Source: Clostridia bacterium
GTDB lineage: Bacteria; Bacillota; Clostridia; TANB77; RGIG9151
NCBI GenBank assembly: GCA_017450465.1
Contig: JAFSUW010000002.1
Span: 1-15,674 of the forward strand
Length of the DNA stretch: 15,674 bases
Reading direction: 5' to 3'
Below are positions 1-7,500 of the stretch, one piece after another. A program made the translations under genes and the position numbers. Each line of letters starts with the position of its first letter. Position 1 is the stretch's first letter. The notes beneath the pieces were generated by a model. That model was not told where the DNA came from. It made no database searches and worked only from the letters and a program-made list of their open reading frames with translations.

Positions 1-1
1 A

Positions 2-469
2 TATATTTTTAGTGATGATACAAAAAATCAAAAAGAAGAAGGAAGCACTATAAGTAGTAATATATACGACCCAGATGTTTTCGAAAATAAGTTAAATAAA
101 ATTTTGTCTAATATAGAAGGAGCAGGGCAAGTTTCGGTTATGGTGTCATACAAAACGGGAATTGAAACAATACCACTTACTGATACTAAAGATAATAAAA
201 CAGTAACAGAAGATAATACGAGTGGTGCGGTAAGGAGAACGCAGCAAGATTTAGTTGAAAAGAATATTATTTTTAATCAAGAAAATAACGGCAGTAAAGA
301 ACCATATATATCTAAAACAATTATGCCACAAATTGAGGGTGTTATTGTGGCGTGTGAAGGTGGTGGCGAAAAAATAGTAAGAGAAGATATGGTAAGAGCG
401 GTTATGGCAGTAACAGGAATTGAGCCGGAGAAGATACAGGTGTTTTCGAAGGCAGCAAAAATAAAATGA
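2..469 (+). CDS. spoIIIAG: Stage III sporulation protein AG (SpoIIIAG), C-terminal part; the 5' end lies outside the window
   Basis: The frame is open from nt 2 (YIFSDDTKNQKEEGS...FENKLNKILSNIEGAGQVSVMV), so the TTG at 104 in the ORF track is internal. FENKLNKIL-x-IEGAGQVSVMV and PQIEGVIVACEGGG...VRAVMAVTGIEPEKIQV match the conserved SpoIIIAG C-terminal domain. The B. subtilis pattern, recalled from memory, is YENQLKEILETIIGVDDVSVVV ... PDIRGVLVVAQGVDN...VTRVLDVPSHRVAV. spoIIIAH follows directly. Confidence 0.8.
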   Translation, partial: YIFSDDTKNQKEEGSTISSNIYDPDVFENKLNKILSNIEGAGQVSVMVSYKTGIETIPLTDTKDNKTVTEDNTSGAVRRTQQDLVEKNIIFNQENNGSKEPYISKTIMPQIEGVIVACEGGGEKIVREDMVRAVMAVTGIEPEKIQVFSKAAKIK

Positions 470-470
470 G

Positions 471-1025
471 GTGAATGTATTGATTATATTACATAAGAAA
501 CGTATTTTAGCATGTATATTAGGGACGATGCTTGTAATTGCAGGGATATTAAATTACAATGATAAATCATTAGAGGTAAGCGGGGACATCTTGGATAATG
601 AGGCAGAGTCGACTTTTGTTACTAATATGAAAGAAAATATTGAGACGATAGATGTTGATAGTTCAAATTTATCAGATTCATATTTTGTATCAGCAAGACG
701 TGAAAAAAACGATACATACGATAAACAAGTGAAGTATCAAGAAGAAATACTATATAACGAGAAATCTAGCGAAACTATAAAAACGGCTGCACTAAATAGG
801 ATAAATACTATTGTTGATAAAATGTCAAAGGAAATGGCGATAGAAAAGTTGCTTGAAGCCAAGGGCTTTAGCGAGGTGTTGGCTATAATAAATGACGACA
901 ATGTAAATGTAATAGTGAAAACGATGGAGGAGCTTAGTATATCTCAAGTTGCTCAAATTCAAAGTATTGTAATGCGTGAGGCGAATGTAAAAGCTGATAG
1001 TATCCATGTAATTACGAAGAATTAA
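471..1025 (+). CDS. spoIIIAH: Stage III sporulation protein AH (SpoIIIAH)
   Basis: It has an N-terminal hydrophobic anchor (ILACILGTMLVIAGIL). The C-terminal region SYFVSARREKNDTYDKQ...EMAIEKLLEAKGFSEVLAIINDDNVNVIVKTMEELS is collinear with the B. subtilis SpoIIIAH YscJ/FliF-like domain (...EKQLETLIKTQGYEDALVNAEGDKINITVKS...). It starts 1 nt after the spoIIIAG stop. The start is ambiguous: GTG 471, or TTG 480 preceded by GAGGTGA at 468-474. Confidence 0.75.
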   Translation: MNVLIILHKKRILACILGTMLVIAGILNYNDKSLEVSGDILDNEAESTFVTNMKENIETIDVDSSNLSDSYFVSARREKNDTYDKQVKYQEEILYNEKSSETIKTAALNRINTIVDKMSKEMAIEKLLEAKGFSEVLAIINDDNVNVIVKTMEELSISQVAQIQSIVMREANVKADSIHVITKN

Positions 1026-1033
1026 TATATAAC

Positions 1034-1062
1034 TTGATTTTATAGGTAATTGCTGATAAAAT
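1034..1062 (+). promoter_or_regulatory. SigA-type promoter for the Spo0E-like gene
   Basis: TTGATT (1034-1039), a 17-nt spacer, then TAAAAT (1057-1062), with TG at 1054-1055 giving an extended -10 (TGaTAAAAT). It lies about 50 nt upstream of the ATG at 1111. Confidence 0.5.
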
Positions 1063-1110
1063 ATTGCTAAAGATAAACATCTTTCAAATTTATTTGAATG
1101 AGGGAAAGAC

Positions 1111-1287
1111 ATGGATACATTAGAATATTTAGAGGTAGAAATAGCAAAATTACGTGAACAGCTAAATTTTGAAATATTGCATGAGAATGAAAATCATGTG
1201 CCATCGAAGAATATGCTAAAGATAAGTAGAAAATTAGATGAGCTTATACTTAGATATCAAACTTTTCTAGAGAAAAAAGAGAAATAG
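1111..1287 (+). CDS. Spo0E-like sporulation regulatory protein (putative Spo0A~P aspartyl-phosphate phosphatase family), 58 aa; absent from the supplied ORF track
   Basis: Own translation: MDTLEYLEVEIAKLREQLNFEILHENENHVPSKNMLKISRKLDELILRYQTFLEKKEK. The RBS GAGGGAAAG (1100-1108) lies just upstream of ATG 1111. The protein is predicted to form two helices. Its S-x-x-LD-x-LI-x-Y signature (ISRKLDELILRY) corresponds to the SQELDxLI motif of Spo0E/YnzD/YisI. It has its own promoter and its own terminator. Confidence 0.6.
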   Translation: MDTLEYLEVEIAKLREQLNFEILHENENHVPSKNMLKISRKLDELILRYQTFLEKKEK

Positions 1288-1314
1288 TTTTGGTATCTAT
1301 TATTTTTTAAAATT

Positions 1315-1354
1315 ATACCTTGCGGTGTAGTAAAAGTACCGCAAGGTATTTTTT
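1315..1354 (+). terminator. Rho-independent terminator after the Spo0E-like gene
   Basis: A perfect 12-bp stem, ATACCTTGCGGT (1315-1326) with ACCGCAAGGTAT (1338-1349), has an 11-nt loop. A T-run at 1349-1354 follows. Confidence 0.8.
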
Positions 1355-1362
1355 GCAAACTT

Positions 1363-1392
1363 GTAGTGGCGAACAGTGTTCGCCATAACTAC
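1363..1392. repeat. Orphan bulged hairpin containing a perfect 17-bp palindrome, GGCGAACA-G-TGTTCGCC
   Basis: The palindrome at 1368-1384 is perfect (8+1+8). Outer arms GTAGT (1363-1367) and ACTAC (1388-1392) extend it across a 3-nt bulge. No T-run follows on either strand. It sits between the Spo0E-like terminator and the rpiB promoter. Confidence 0.5.
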
Positions 1393-1438
1393 ACGTCAAG
1401 CATAAATTTGCTGTTTACTATTAATTTTTAATTGATAT

Positions 1439-1467
1439 TTGACGAATAACATAAAAGGGTATATAGT
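1439..1467 (+). promoter_or_regulatory. SigA-type promoter for rpiB-tagO-mnaA
   Basis: TTGACG (1439-1444), a 17-nt spacer, then TATAGT (1462-1467), about 30 nt upstream of the rpiB start. Confidence 0.5.
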
Positions 1468-1499
1468 ATAAAAGAAATTTTATGTAAATGGAGGAGTTT

Positions 1500-1928
1500 A
1501 TGTTAATAATTGGTGCAGATCATGGTGGATTTGAATTAAAAGAAGAAATAAAGAAATATTTTGATAAGAATAGTATTAAATATTACGACATAGGTGCACT
1601 AATGAAAGATGATAACGATAATTTTCCTGAAATTGCTTTGCCACTTGCAAAGAAAGTAGCATCAAATGAGTACGAAAAGGGTATACTTATTTGTGGCAGT
1701 GGAGTAGGCGTTTGTATGGCTGCAAACAGAATAAAAGGTGCTAGGGCAGTAAATTGCAATAGTGAAGAAATAGCAAAACTTTCACGCCTTCATAATAATG
1801 CAAATATTTTGTGCTTGGGTGGTAGATTTATAACTAAAGATGAGGCAATATCTATAATAAATGTTTGGTTAAATACCGAATTTTTAGGTGGAAAATATGA
1901 TATAAGGAATAAAATGCTAGATGAGTAA
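1500..1928 (+). CDS. rpiB: Ribose-5-phosphate isomerase B (RpiB/LacAB family)
   Basis: MLIIGADHGGFELKEEI..., ILICGSGVGVCMAANR (catalytic Cys context) and NANILCLGGR are hallmark RpiB motifs. The start is moved from the ORF-track ATG 1488 to ATG 1500, because GGAGGAG (1490-1496) is then a proper Shine-Dalgarno and RpiB proteins normally begin M-K/L-I-x-I-G-x-DH. Confidence 0.85.
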   Translation: MLIIGADHGGFELKEEIKKYFDKNSIKYYDIGALMKDDNDNFPEIALPLAKKVASNEYEKGILICGSGVGVCMAANRIKGARAVNCNSEEIAKLSRLHNNANILCLGGRFITKDEAISIINVWLNTEFLGGKYDIRNKMLDE

Positions 1929-1940
1929 AGGAGAAATTGA

Positions 1941-2999
1941 ATGAATTATACATATATTTTAACGGTCTTTATAATGGCATTTTTTGTTGCGTTTTTATTA
2001 ACACCACTTGTTAAGAAATTAGCAATAAAATTAAATGCAATAGATGTGCCAAATGATAAAAGAAGGATACATGACCATCCTATTCCAAGATTGGGTGGGC
2101 TTGCTATAGTTGCTGGTTTTACCATATCAACATTACTTTATGGTTTTTTAGTAAATAAAACATCAGATAACATATTTGATCTGCAACTTTTAGGATTGTT
2201 TTTAGGAATAATCGTGATTGAAGTAGTAGGTGTATTAGATGATATATACCAATTAAAAGCTTGGCAGAAACTTATTTTTCAAATTCTTGCTGCCGTTATA
2301 GTAGTAAATTGTGGAACAAAAATAGAATTTTTCACTAACCCATTAAATGATGAGTATATATTCTTTGGGGTTTGGTCAGCACCAATTACAATACTTTGGA
2401 TAGTTGGAATAACAAATGCAATAAACTTTATAGATGGATTAGATGGCTTGGCAGCTGGCGTTGCGTCGATTTCAGCATTATCATTATTATTTATTTCTAT
2501 TTTCTTAGGAAACGCTGAAATAGTAGTGCTTGCAGCAAGTTTGGCTGGCGCAACATTGGGCTTTTTACCATTCAACTTTAATCCAGCCAAAATATTTATG
2601 GGAGACACTGGTTCGACCTTTTTGGGCTTTACATTAGGAACAATAGCGATAATGGGTATGATAAAAAGTTACACGGTAATATCTGTTGTAGCACCTCTTA
2701 TTGTATTTGGACTTCCTATATTTGATACAGCATTTGCAATACTTAGACGTATAGCCAAAGGACAATCTCCAATGGTCGCAGATAGAGGGCATTTACATCA
2801 TAGATTAGTTGATGCCGGTTTATCACAAAGGCAGACAGTTTTAATTTTATATTTAATAAGTACATGCTTAGGAATAATGGGATTTTTGCTAACACAAGGC
2901 GGAATAATAAGGGTAGTTTTACTATTTGTTGCACTCATGATATTTATAATTGCGGGTCAAAAAATAGTATCAGATATGAATAAAAGCGAGAAAAATTAG
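1941..2999 (+). CDS. tagO: MraY/WecA/TagO-family undecaprenyl-phosphate N-acetylhexosamine-1-phosphate transferase (glycosyltransferase family 4)
   Basis: It is a polytopic membrane protein. The motifs NAINFIDGLDGLA, FLPFNFNPAKIFMGDTGS and DRGHLHHRL are typical of the WecA/TagO clade. AAGGAG (1928-1933) lies 7 nt before the ATG. It sits adjacent to a UDP-GlcNAc 2-epimerase gene, as tagO does with mnaA. The symbol is by analogy only. Confidence 0.75.
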   Translation: MNYTYILTVFIMAFFVAFLLTPLVKKLAIKLNAIDVPNDKRRIHDHPIPRLGGLAIVAGFTISTLLYGFLVNKTSDNIFDLQLLGLFLGIIVIEVVGVLDDIYQLKAWQKLIFQILAAVIVVNCGTKIEFFTNPLNDEYIFFGVWSAPITILWIVGITNAINFIDGLDGLAAGVASISALSLLFISIFLGNAEIVVLAASLAGATLGFLPFNFNPAKIFMGDTGSTFLGFTLGTIAIMGMIKSYTVISVVAPLIVFGLPIFDTAFAILRRIAKGQSPMVADRGHLHHRLVDAGLSQRQTVLILYLISTCLGIMGFLLTQGGIIRVVLLFVALMIFIIAGQKIVSDMNKSEKN

Positions 3000-3024
3000 T
3001 ACTACAAGAAAGGAAGGAATAATT

Positions 3025-4170
3025 ATGGGAAAACTAAAAGTAATGACAATCTTTGGAACAAGACCTGAAGCAATAAAAATGGCACCACTTGTAAAAAAAT
3101 TAGAAGCAGATGAGGACATAGAAAGCATTGTATGTGTTACAGCACAACATAGACAAATGCTAGATCAAGTTTTAAGAATATTTAAGATAATCCCTAATTA
3201 TGATCTAAACATAATGCAAGAAAAGCAAACGCTTGCGCATATAACATCAAGAGTATTGACGGGCTTAATCGATATAATAAATGATGCAAAGCCAGATATA
3301 ATATTGGTTCATGGAGATACGACAACAACATTTGCTGGAGCACTTGCAGCATTTTATTCAAAAGTAAAGATAGGACATGTAGAAGCAGGTCTTAGAACTT
3401 ATGATAAATATTCGCCATTTCCTGAAGAAATGAATAGAAAATTAACTGGTGGACTTGCAGATATACATTTTTGCCCAACAAAATCTAATAAAGAAAATTT
3501 ATTAAAAGAAAATGTGCCAGAAAGTGCGATTTATATAACAGGAAATACTGTAATAGATGCATTAAAGACAACTGTAAATGATAAATATGAATTTACAACA
3601 CCTGCCTTAAAAGAAGTAAACTTTAAGAAAAAGATAATTTTAGTAACAGCACATAGAAGAGAAAACTTAGGTGAACCACTTCAAAATATATGTAATGCCA
3701 TAAAAGAATTAGCAGACAAGTATAAAAAGGATATAGAATTTGTATATCCAGTACACTTAAATCCTGCAGTAAGCGGAACTGCCAATACTATTTTAGGTGA
3801 TATAGAAAACGTGCATTTGATAGATCCATTAAATGTACAAGAACTTCACAATTTAATGAATAGATCATACTTTGTTATGACAGATTCAGGTGGACTTCAA
3901 GAAGAAGCACCAGCACTTGGCAAGCCAGTTTTAGTTTTAAGAAATGAAACAGAACGCCCAGAAGCAGTAGAAGCTGGAACTGTAAAGGTAGCAGGTACTG
4001 ATACAAAAACCATAGTAAAACTTGCTAGTGAATTAATAGAGGACCCTAAAAAATATGAAAAGATGAATAAAGCAACAAATCCTTATGGCGATGGTAAAGC
4101 ATCACAAAGAATAATCGATGCAATAAAGTATTATATGGGCACAATAGATACACCACCAGAAGAATTTTAG
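3025..4170 (+). CDS. mnaA: UDP-N-acetylglucosamine 2-epimerase (non-hydrolysing), WecB/MnaA
   Basis: MTIFGTRPEAIKMAPL, VHGDTTTT, HVEAGLRT, VTAHRRENLGE and DSGGLQEEAPALGKPVLVLR are canonical epimerase_2 family motifs. Confidence 0.9.
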   Translation: MGKLKVMTIFGTRPEAIKMAPLVKKLEADEDIESIVCVTAQHRQMLDQVLRIFKIIPNYDLNIMQEKQTLAHITSRVLTGLIDIINDAKPDIILVHGDTTTTFAGALAAFYSKVKIGHVEAGLRTYDKYSPFPEEMNRKLTGGLADIHFCPTKSNKENLLKENVPESAIYITGNTVIDALKTTVNDKYEFTTPALKEVNFKKKIILVTAHRRENLGEPLQNICNAIKELADKYKKDIEFVYPVHLNPAVSGTANTILGDIENVHLIDPLNVQELHNLMNRSYFVMTDSGGLQEEAPALGKPVLVLRNETERPEAVEAGTVKVAGTDTKTIVKLASELIEDPKKYEKMNKATNPYGDGKASQRIIDAIKYYMGTIDTPPEEF

Positions 4171-4210
4171 GTATTGACTATTAAAAAAATTAGTATATTA
4201 TAAATATAGT

Positions 4211-4239
4211 GACCGATGATTTCATCGGTCAATTTTTTT
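4211..4239 (+). terminator. Rho-independent terminator after mnaA
   Basis: Stem GACCGAT (4211-4217) with ATCGGTC (4224-4230), followed by AATTTTTTT (T-run to 4239). Confidence 0.75.
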
Positions 4240-4259
4240 GAAAAATTAAAAAAAATGTA

Positions 4260-4288
4260 TTGACAAGTTTCAGAAATAAATGTAAAAT
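4260..4288 (+). promoter_or_regulatory. SigA-type recA promoter with extended -10
   Basis: Consensus TTGACA (4260-4265), a 17-nt spacer, then TAAAAT (4283-4288). The -10 is preceded by TG at 4281-4282. Confidence 0.7.
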
Positions 4289-4293
4289 TAAAT

Positions 4294-4307
4294 CGAACAA
4301 AAGTTCG
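4294..4307. promoter_or_regulatory. LexA (DinR) operator, Cheo/SOS box
   Basis: CGAACAAAAGTTCG is a perfect match to the Gram-positive SOS-box core CGAAC-N4-GTTCG. It sits 6 nt downstream of the -10, so it overlaps the expected transcription start, directly upstream of recA. Confidence 0.85.
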
Positions 4308-4329
4308 AACATGCAAAGGAGGAAGAATA

Positions 4330-5391
4330 ATGTCAATAGATAACAATGAAGAAAGAAAAAAAGCACTAGAAATAGCAATGAGTCAAATCGAAAAGCAGTT
4401 TGGTAAAGGTGCAGTTATGAAGTTAGGAGAAGTTTCTGCAATGAATATAGAAGCAATTCCAACTGGAGCGCTTAGTTTAGATATAGCTCTTGGTATAGGT
4501 GGCGTACCAAGAGGAAGAATAGTAGAAATATTTGGCCCTGAATCATCAGGTAAAACAACTGTTGCACTTCATGTAATTGCTGAAGCACAAAAAAGAGGTG
4601 GCATAGCAGCATTTATCGATGCTGAACATGCTCTAGACCCTGTTTATGCAAAGAAATTGGGTGTAAATGTTGATGAACTTATCATTTCTCAGCCAGATAC
4701 AGGTGAGCAAGCACTTGAAATTTGCGAACAATTAATAAGAAGTGGAGCAATAGATGTAGTAGTAATAGACTCTGTTGCCGCATTAGTACCAAAAGCTGAA
4801 ATTGATGGTGAAATGGGCGATGCCTTTGTAGGTTTACAAGCACGTTTAATGTCACAAGCATTAAGAAAATTAACTGCTGTTATTAATAAATCGAAAGCAA
4901 CAGCAATATTTATAAACCAATTAAGAGAAAAAGTTGGTATAATGTTTGGTAATCCAGAAACAACTCCTGGTGGTAGAGCCCTTAAGTTCTATGCATCAGT
5001 AAGACTAGATGTAAGAAAAGTTGAAACAATGAAGAAGGGTGACCAAGTAATAGGAAACAGAACAAAAGTAAAGGTTGTAAAGAATAAAGTTGCACCTCCA
5101 TTTAGAGAAGCAGAATTTGATATAATGTATGGCGAAGGTATATCAAAAGAGGGTAATATCTTAGACATAGCTTCAAATCTTGATATTATCAACAAAAGTG
5201 GTGCTTGGTTCTCATATAATGGTGAACGTATGGCACAAGGTAGAGATAATGCAAAACAATACTTAAAAGATCATCCAGATATACTAGCTGAAGTAGAAAA
5301 GAAAGTAAGAGATAACTACAATGAGGCATTTGTAAAGAGTATAGGTAATGATGAGATTTTAGAAACTACAACAAATGAAGCAGAGGAATAA
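4330..5391 (+). CDS. recA: Recombinase RecA
   Basis: [23 protein letters not shown], Walker [20 protein letters not shown], the VVIDSVAAL Walker B context and [43 protein letters not shown]. Confidence 0.97.
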   Translation: MSIDNNEERKKALEIAMSQIEKQFGKGAVMKLGEVSAMNIEAIPTGALSLDIALGIGGVPRGRIVEIFGPESSGKTTVALHVIAEAQKRGGIAAFIDAEHALDPVYAKKLGVNVDELIISQPDTGEQALEICEQLIRSGAIDVVVIDSVAALVPKAEIDGEMGDAFVGLQARLMSQALRKLTAVINKSKATAIFINQLREKVGIMFGNPETTPGGRALKFYASVRLDVRKVETMKKGDQVIGNRTKVKVVKNKVAPPFREAEFDIMYGEGISKEGNILDIASNLDIINKSGAWFSYNGERMAQGRDNAKQYLKDHPDILAEVEKKVRDNYNEAFVKSIGNDEILETTTNEAEE

Positions 5392-5393
5392 AA

Positions 5394-5834
5394 ATGGACT
5401 TAAAAGAGTATCAAGAAGCTAAAAATATAGCTTTTAAGTATGTTGTATATAAAAGACGCACAGTAAATGAAGTAAGAGAAAAATTAAAAAAACTTGAAAT
5501 AGCAGATGATATTATAGACAAAGTAATTGAAGAATTAATATGCTTTGAATATCTTGATGATGCAGTATATGTAGAAAAATTTGTGGCAAAAAGTAAAAAA
5601 GATTCTGTAAATGTCCTTAGAATGAAATTGTTAAATAAAGGCATAGATAAAGAAATTATTGATGACTACTTTAATAACAATACTTTTGATGAAGTCGAAA
5701 AAATAGTTCCTTTACTTCAGAAGAAAAAATTTAGTAACGAATTAGATACAGATCAAAAGGATAAAATAAAGGCATATTGCGCACGAAAAGGTTTTAAAAT
5801 ATCAGATATAGAAAAAGCAACAAAAATGTTATAA
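5394..5834 (+). CDS. recX: RecA regulator RecX
   Basis: It starts 2 nt after the recA stop, and its RBS GAGGA lies in the recA tail. Repeated three-helix units are typical of RecX: A..YVVYKRRTVNEVREKLKK..., IIDKVIEELICFEYLDDAVYVEKFV. Confidence 0.75.
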   Translation: MDLKEYQEAKNIAFKYVVYKRRTVNEVREKLKKLEIADDIIDKVIEELICFEYLDDAVYVEKFVAKSKKDSVNVLRMKLLNKGIDKEIIDDYFNNNTFDEVEKIVPLLQKKKFSNELDTDQKDKIKAYCARKGFKISDIEKATKML

Positions 5835-5884
5835 AATGTGGTAGAATATATACGAAAATATTTTATATTCAAGGGGGAAATAAT

Positions 5885-6136
5885 ATGGACAAGAACGAAA
5901 TAATCGCAATGGTAGTAGAAAAGTTAAAAACAATTGAGGCAGGAAAAGAAATTTCTTTAAAAGATTTAGTAGGTAACGAATTAAAGAAATATACATCTGC
6001 TGATTTAGCTGAAATCGTAGCTAAAATAACAAAATTATGTGAAGAGAAAAATATAAAGCTAAATGTTGAATCTCTTGATCAATATAAAGGTTTACTTTCA
6101 AATCTTCCATTTGACATTCCATTTTTAAAGAAATAG
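5885..6136 (+). CDS. Hypothetical 83-aa protein; predicted soluble, helical and K/E-rich; no family recognised
   Basis: A strong RBS, AAGGGGGA (5871-5878), lies 6 nt before ATG 5885. Codon usage looks like that of its neighbours. There is no terminator between recX and this ORF, and a terminator follows it. I recognise no motif in MDKNEIIAMVVEKLKTIEAGKEISLKDLVGNELKKYTSADLAEIVAKITKLCEEKNIKLNVESLDQYKGLLSNLPFDIPFLKK. Confidence 0.55.
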   Translation: MDKNEIIAMVVEKLKTIEAGKEISLKDLVGNELKKYTSADLAEIVAKITKLCEEKNIKLNVESLDQYKGLLSNLPFDIPFLKK

Positions 6137-6151
6137 GATATACTATATAGG

Positions 6152-6176
6152 AGGCGGGTATAATGCCCGCCTTTTA
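6152..6176 (+). terminator. Rho-independent terminator after the 83-aa ORF (short U-tract)
   Basis: GC-rich stem GGCGGG (6153-6158) with CCCGCC (6166-6171), and a 7-nt loop TATAATG. Only TTTT (6172-6175) follows, so read-through into scpA is plausible. Confidence 0.65.
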
Positions 6177-6193
6177 ATTAAAGAGGTAAATCA

Positions 6194-6922
6194 ATGGAAG
6201 CATATAACTTAAAACTTGAAAATTTTGAAGGCCCACTAGACCTTCTTTGTCACTTAATTGAAAAAAATAAAATGAATATATATGATATATCAATAGCTGC
6301 AATTACTGATCAATACTTAGAGTATATTAATAGTATTAATGAGCCCGACTTAGAAATAACAGGCGATTTTTTGGTAATGGCAACTAATTTGTTGTATTTA
6401 AAATCTAAAGAACTATTGCCAGTTCCAAAAGAGGAAGAAGAAGAGGACCCTAAAGAAGAATTGATAAGAAAATTGATTGAATATAAAAAATTAAAAGAAT
6501 TAGCACTTGAAATTCAGCAAAACACTGAAGAATTTTCAAAGCTTTATTATAAAGAGCCAGAAGACATTGAAATAAAAAAAGAGATGAAATTAAATACCGA
6601 ATATCCTAAAGAGTTATTACCTAGTATATTTATGAAAATTGCAAAAATAAATATGGAAAAGTTAAACCATAATGCAGAAGATATAAATAAAATTATGGAA
6701 CGGGATAAAGTAACAGTAAGAAGCAAAATAAAGGAAATACTTAAAAATTTGTTGAACAAGAAAAAAATAATTTTTAATAAGTTATTTAACACAAAAGAAA
6801 GAACCAAAAATGAAGTAATCACAGCATTTTTGGCGATGCTCGAATTAAATCGTGCAAATAAAATAAAGATAAGACAGAAATATACGTTTTCAGATATAGA
6901 AATAGAACGAATTCGTAATTAG
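6194..6922 (+). CDS. scpA: Segregation and condensation protein A (kleisin ScpA)
   Basis: The N-terminal FEGPLDLLCHLIEKNKMNIYDISIAAITDQYLEYI and C-terminal winged-helix VITAFLAMLELNRANKIKIRQ are diagnostic for ScpA. scpB follows. Confidence 0.92.
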   Translation: MEAYNLKLENFEGPLDLLCHLIEKNKMNIYDISIAAITDQYLEYINSINEPDLEITGDFLVMATNLLYLKSKELLPVPKEEEEEDPKEELIRKLIEYKKLKELALEIQQNTEEFSKLYYKEPEDIEIKKEMKLNTEYPKELLPSIFMKIAKINMEKLNHNAEDINKIMERDKVTVRSKIKEILKNLLNKKKIIFNKLFNTKERTKNEVITAFLAMLELNRANKIKIRQKYTFSDIEIERIRN

Positions 6923-6931
6923 GAGGCACTT

Positions 6932-7474
6932 ATGCAACTAACAGATAAAGAAGCAATAGTAGAAGGATTATTGTTTGCCGCAGGTGATGTGGTTAAAACA
7001 GCTACTATCGCAAATATAATAGGTGAAGAAGAAAAAGATATTGAAAAAATTATTATAAGTATGAATAAAAAATTCGAAAATGAAAATAGAGCATTAATGA
7101 TAAGGCAAATAAATGATGGGTACCAAATGTGTACTAAAGCGGACTACCACAAATATATAAGCAAGATGTACGATACGAATAAAAAGCAAAATTTGTCACA
7201 ATCTGCAATGGAAACACTTGCTATAATTGCGTATAAACAACCAGTCACACGTCAAGAAATTGAAAAACTTCGTGGTGTAAATTCAGATAGGTCCGTGTCC
7301 ATACTTTCAGAATATGGTTTGATAGAAGATGTAGGACGTCTTGATGCACCTGGAAGGCCACTTATTTACAGCACTACAGATGAATTCTTGCGAGTTTTTG
7401 GTTACTCAAGTTTAAAAGATTTGCCAAAGTTTAATATAGAAGAAAAAAATGCCGATAATATGAATGTCCAATAA
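6932..7474 (+). CDS. scpB: Segregation and condensation protein B (ScpB)
   Basis: EGLLFAAGD, LSQSAMETLAIIAYKQPVTRQEIEKLRGVNSD and GRLDAPGRPLIYSTTDEFLRVFG are canonical ScpB motifs. Confidence 0.92.
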   Translation: MQLTDKEAIVEGLLFAAGDVVKTATIANIIGEEEKDIEKIIISMNKKFENENRALMIRQINDGYQMCTKADYHKYISKMYDTNKKQNLSQSAMETLAIIAYKQPVTRQEIEKLRGVNSDRSVSILSEYGLIEDVGRLDAPGRPLIYSTTDEFLRVFGYSSLKDLPKFNIEEKNADNMNVQ

Positions 7475-7500
7475 AAATCATTTGAAAGGACGGTACTTAT

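Noticed and set aside
1370-1382. CGAAC-AGT-GTTCG considered as a second LexA/SOS box.
   Set aside because: The spacer between half-sites is 3 nt, whereas the Gram-positive consensus and the recA box in this window have 4 nt. That changes half-site phasing, so canonical LexA binding is unlikely. It is kept only as an unexplained palindrome in the findings.
4174-4201. Promoter-like TTGACT-N16-TATTAT just after the mnaA stop.
   Set aside because: It would fire directly into the mnaA terminator hairpin (4211-4239), giving a transcript of about 30 nt. The real recA promoter (4260-4288) is a better match and correctly placed relative to the SOS box. In AT-rich DNA this is probably a chance match.
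5839-5847. TGgTAGAAT extended -10 as an independent promoter for the 83-aa ORF.
   Set aside because: It is not fully rejected, but it is too weak to list as a feature. The -35 region (about 5819-5824, AACAAA) is poor, and the element lies at the very end of recX. It is mentioned as a caveat in the orf83 finding.
6421-6460. The GAA/GAG-rich run (gaggaagaagaagaggacc) in scpA considered as a simple-sequence repeat.
   Set aside because: It encodes the acidic linker (EEEEEDPKEE) typical of the flexible middle region of ScpA kleisins. It is short, imperfect and in-frame.
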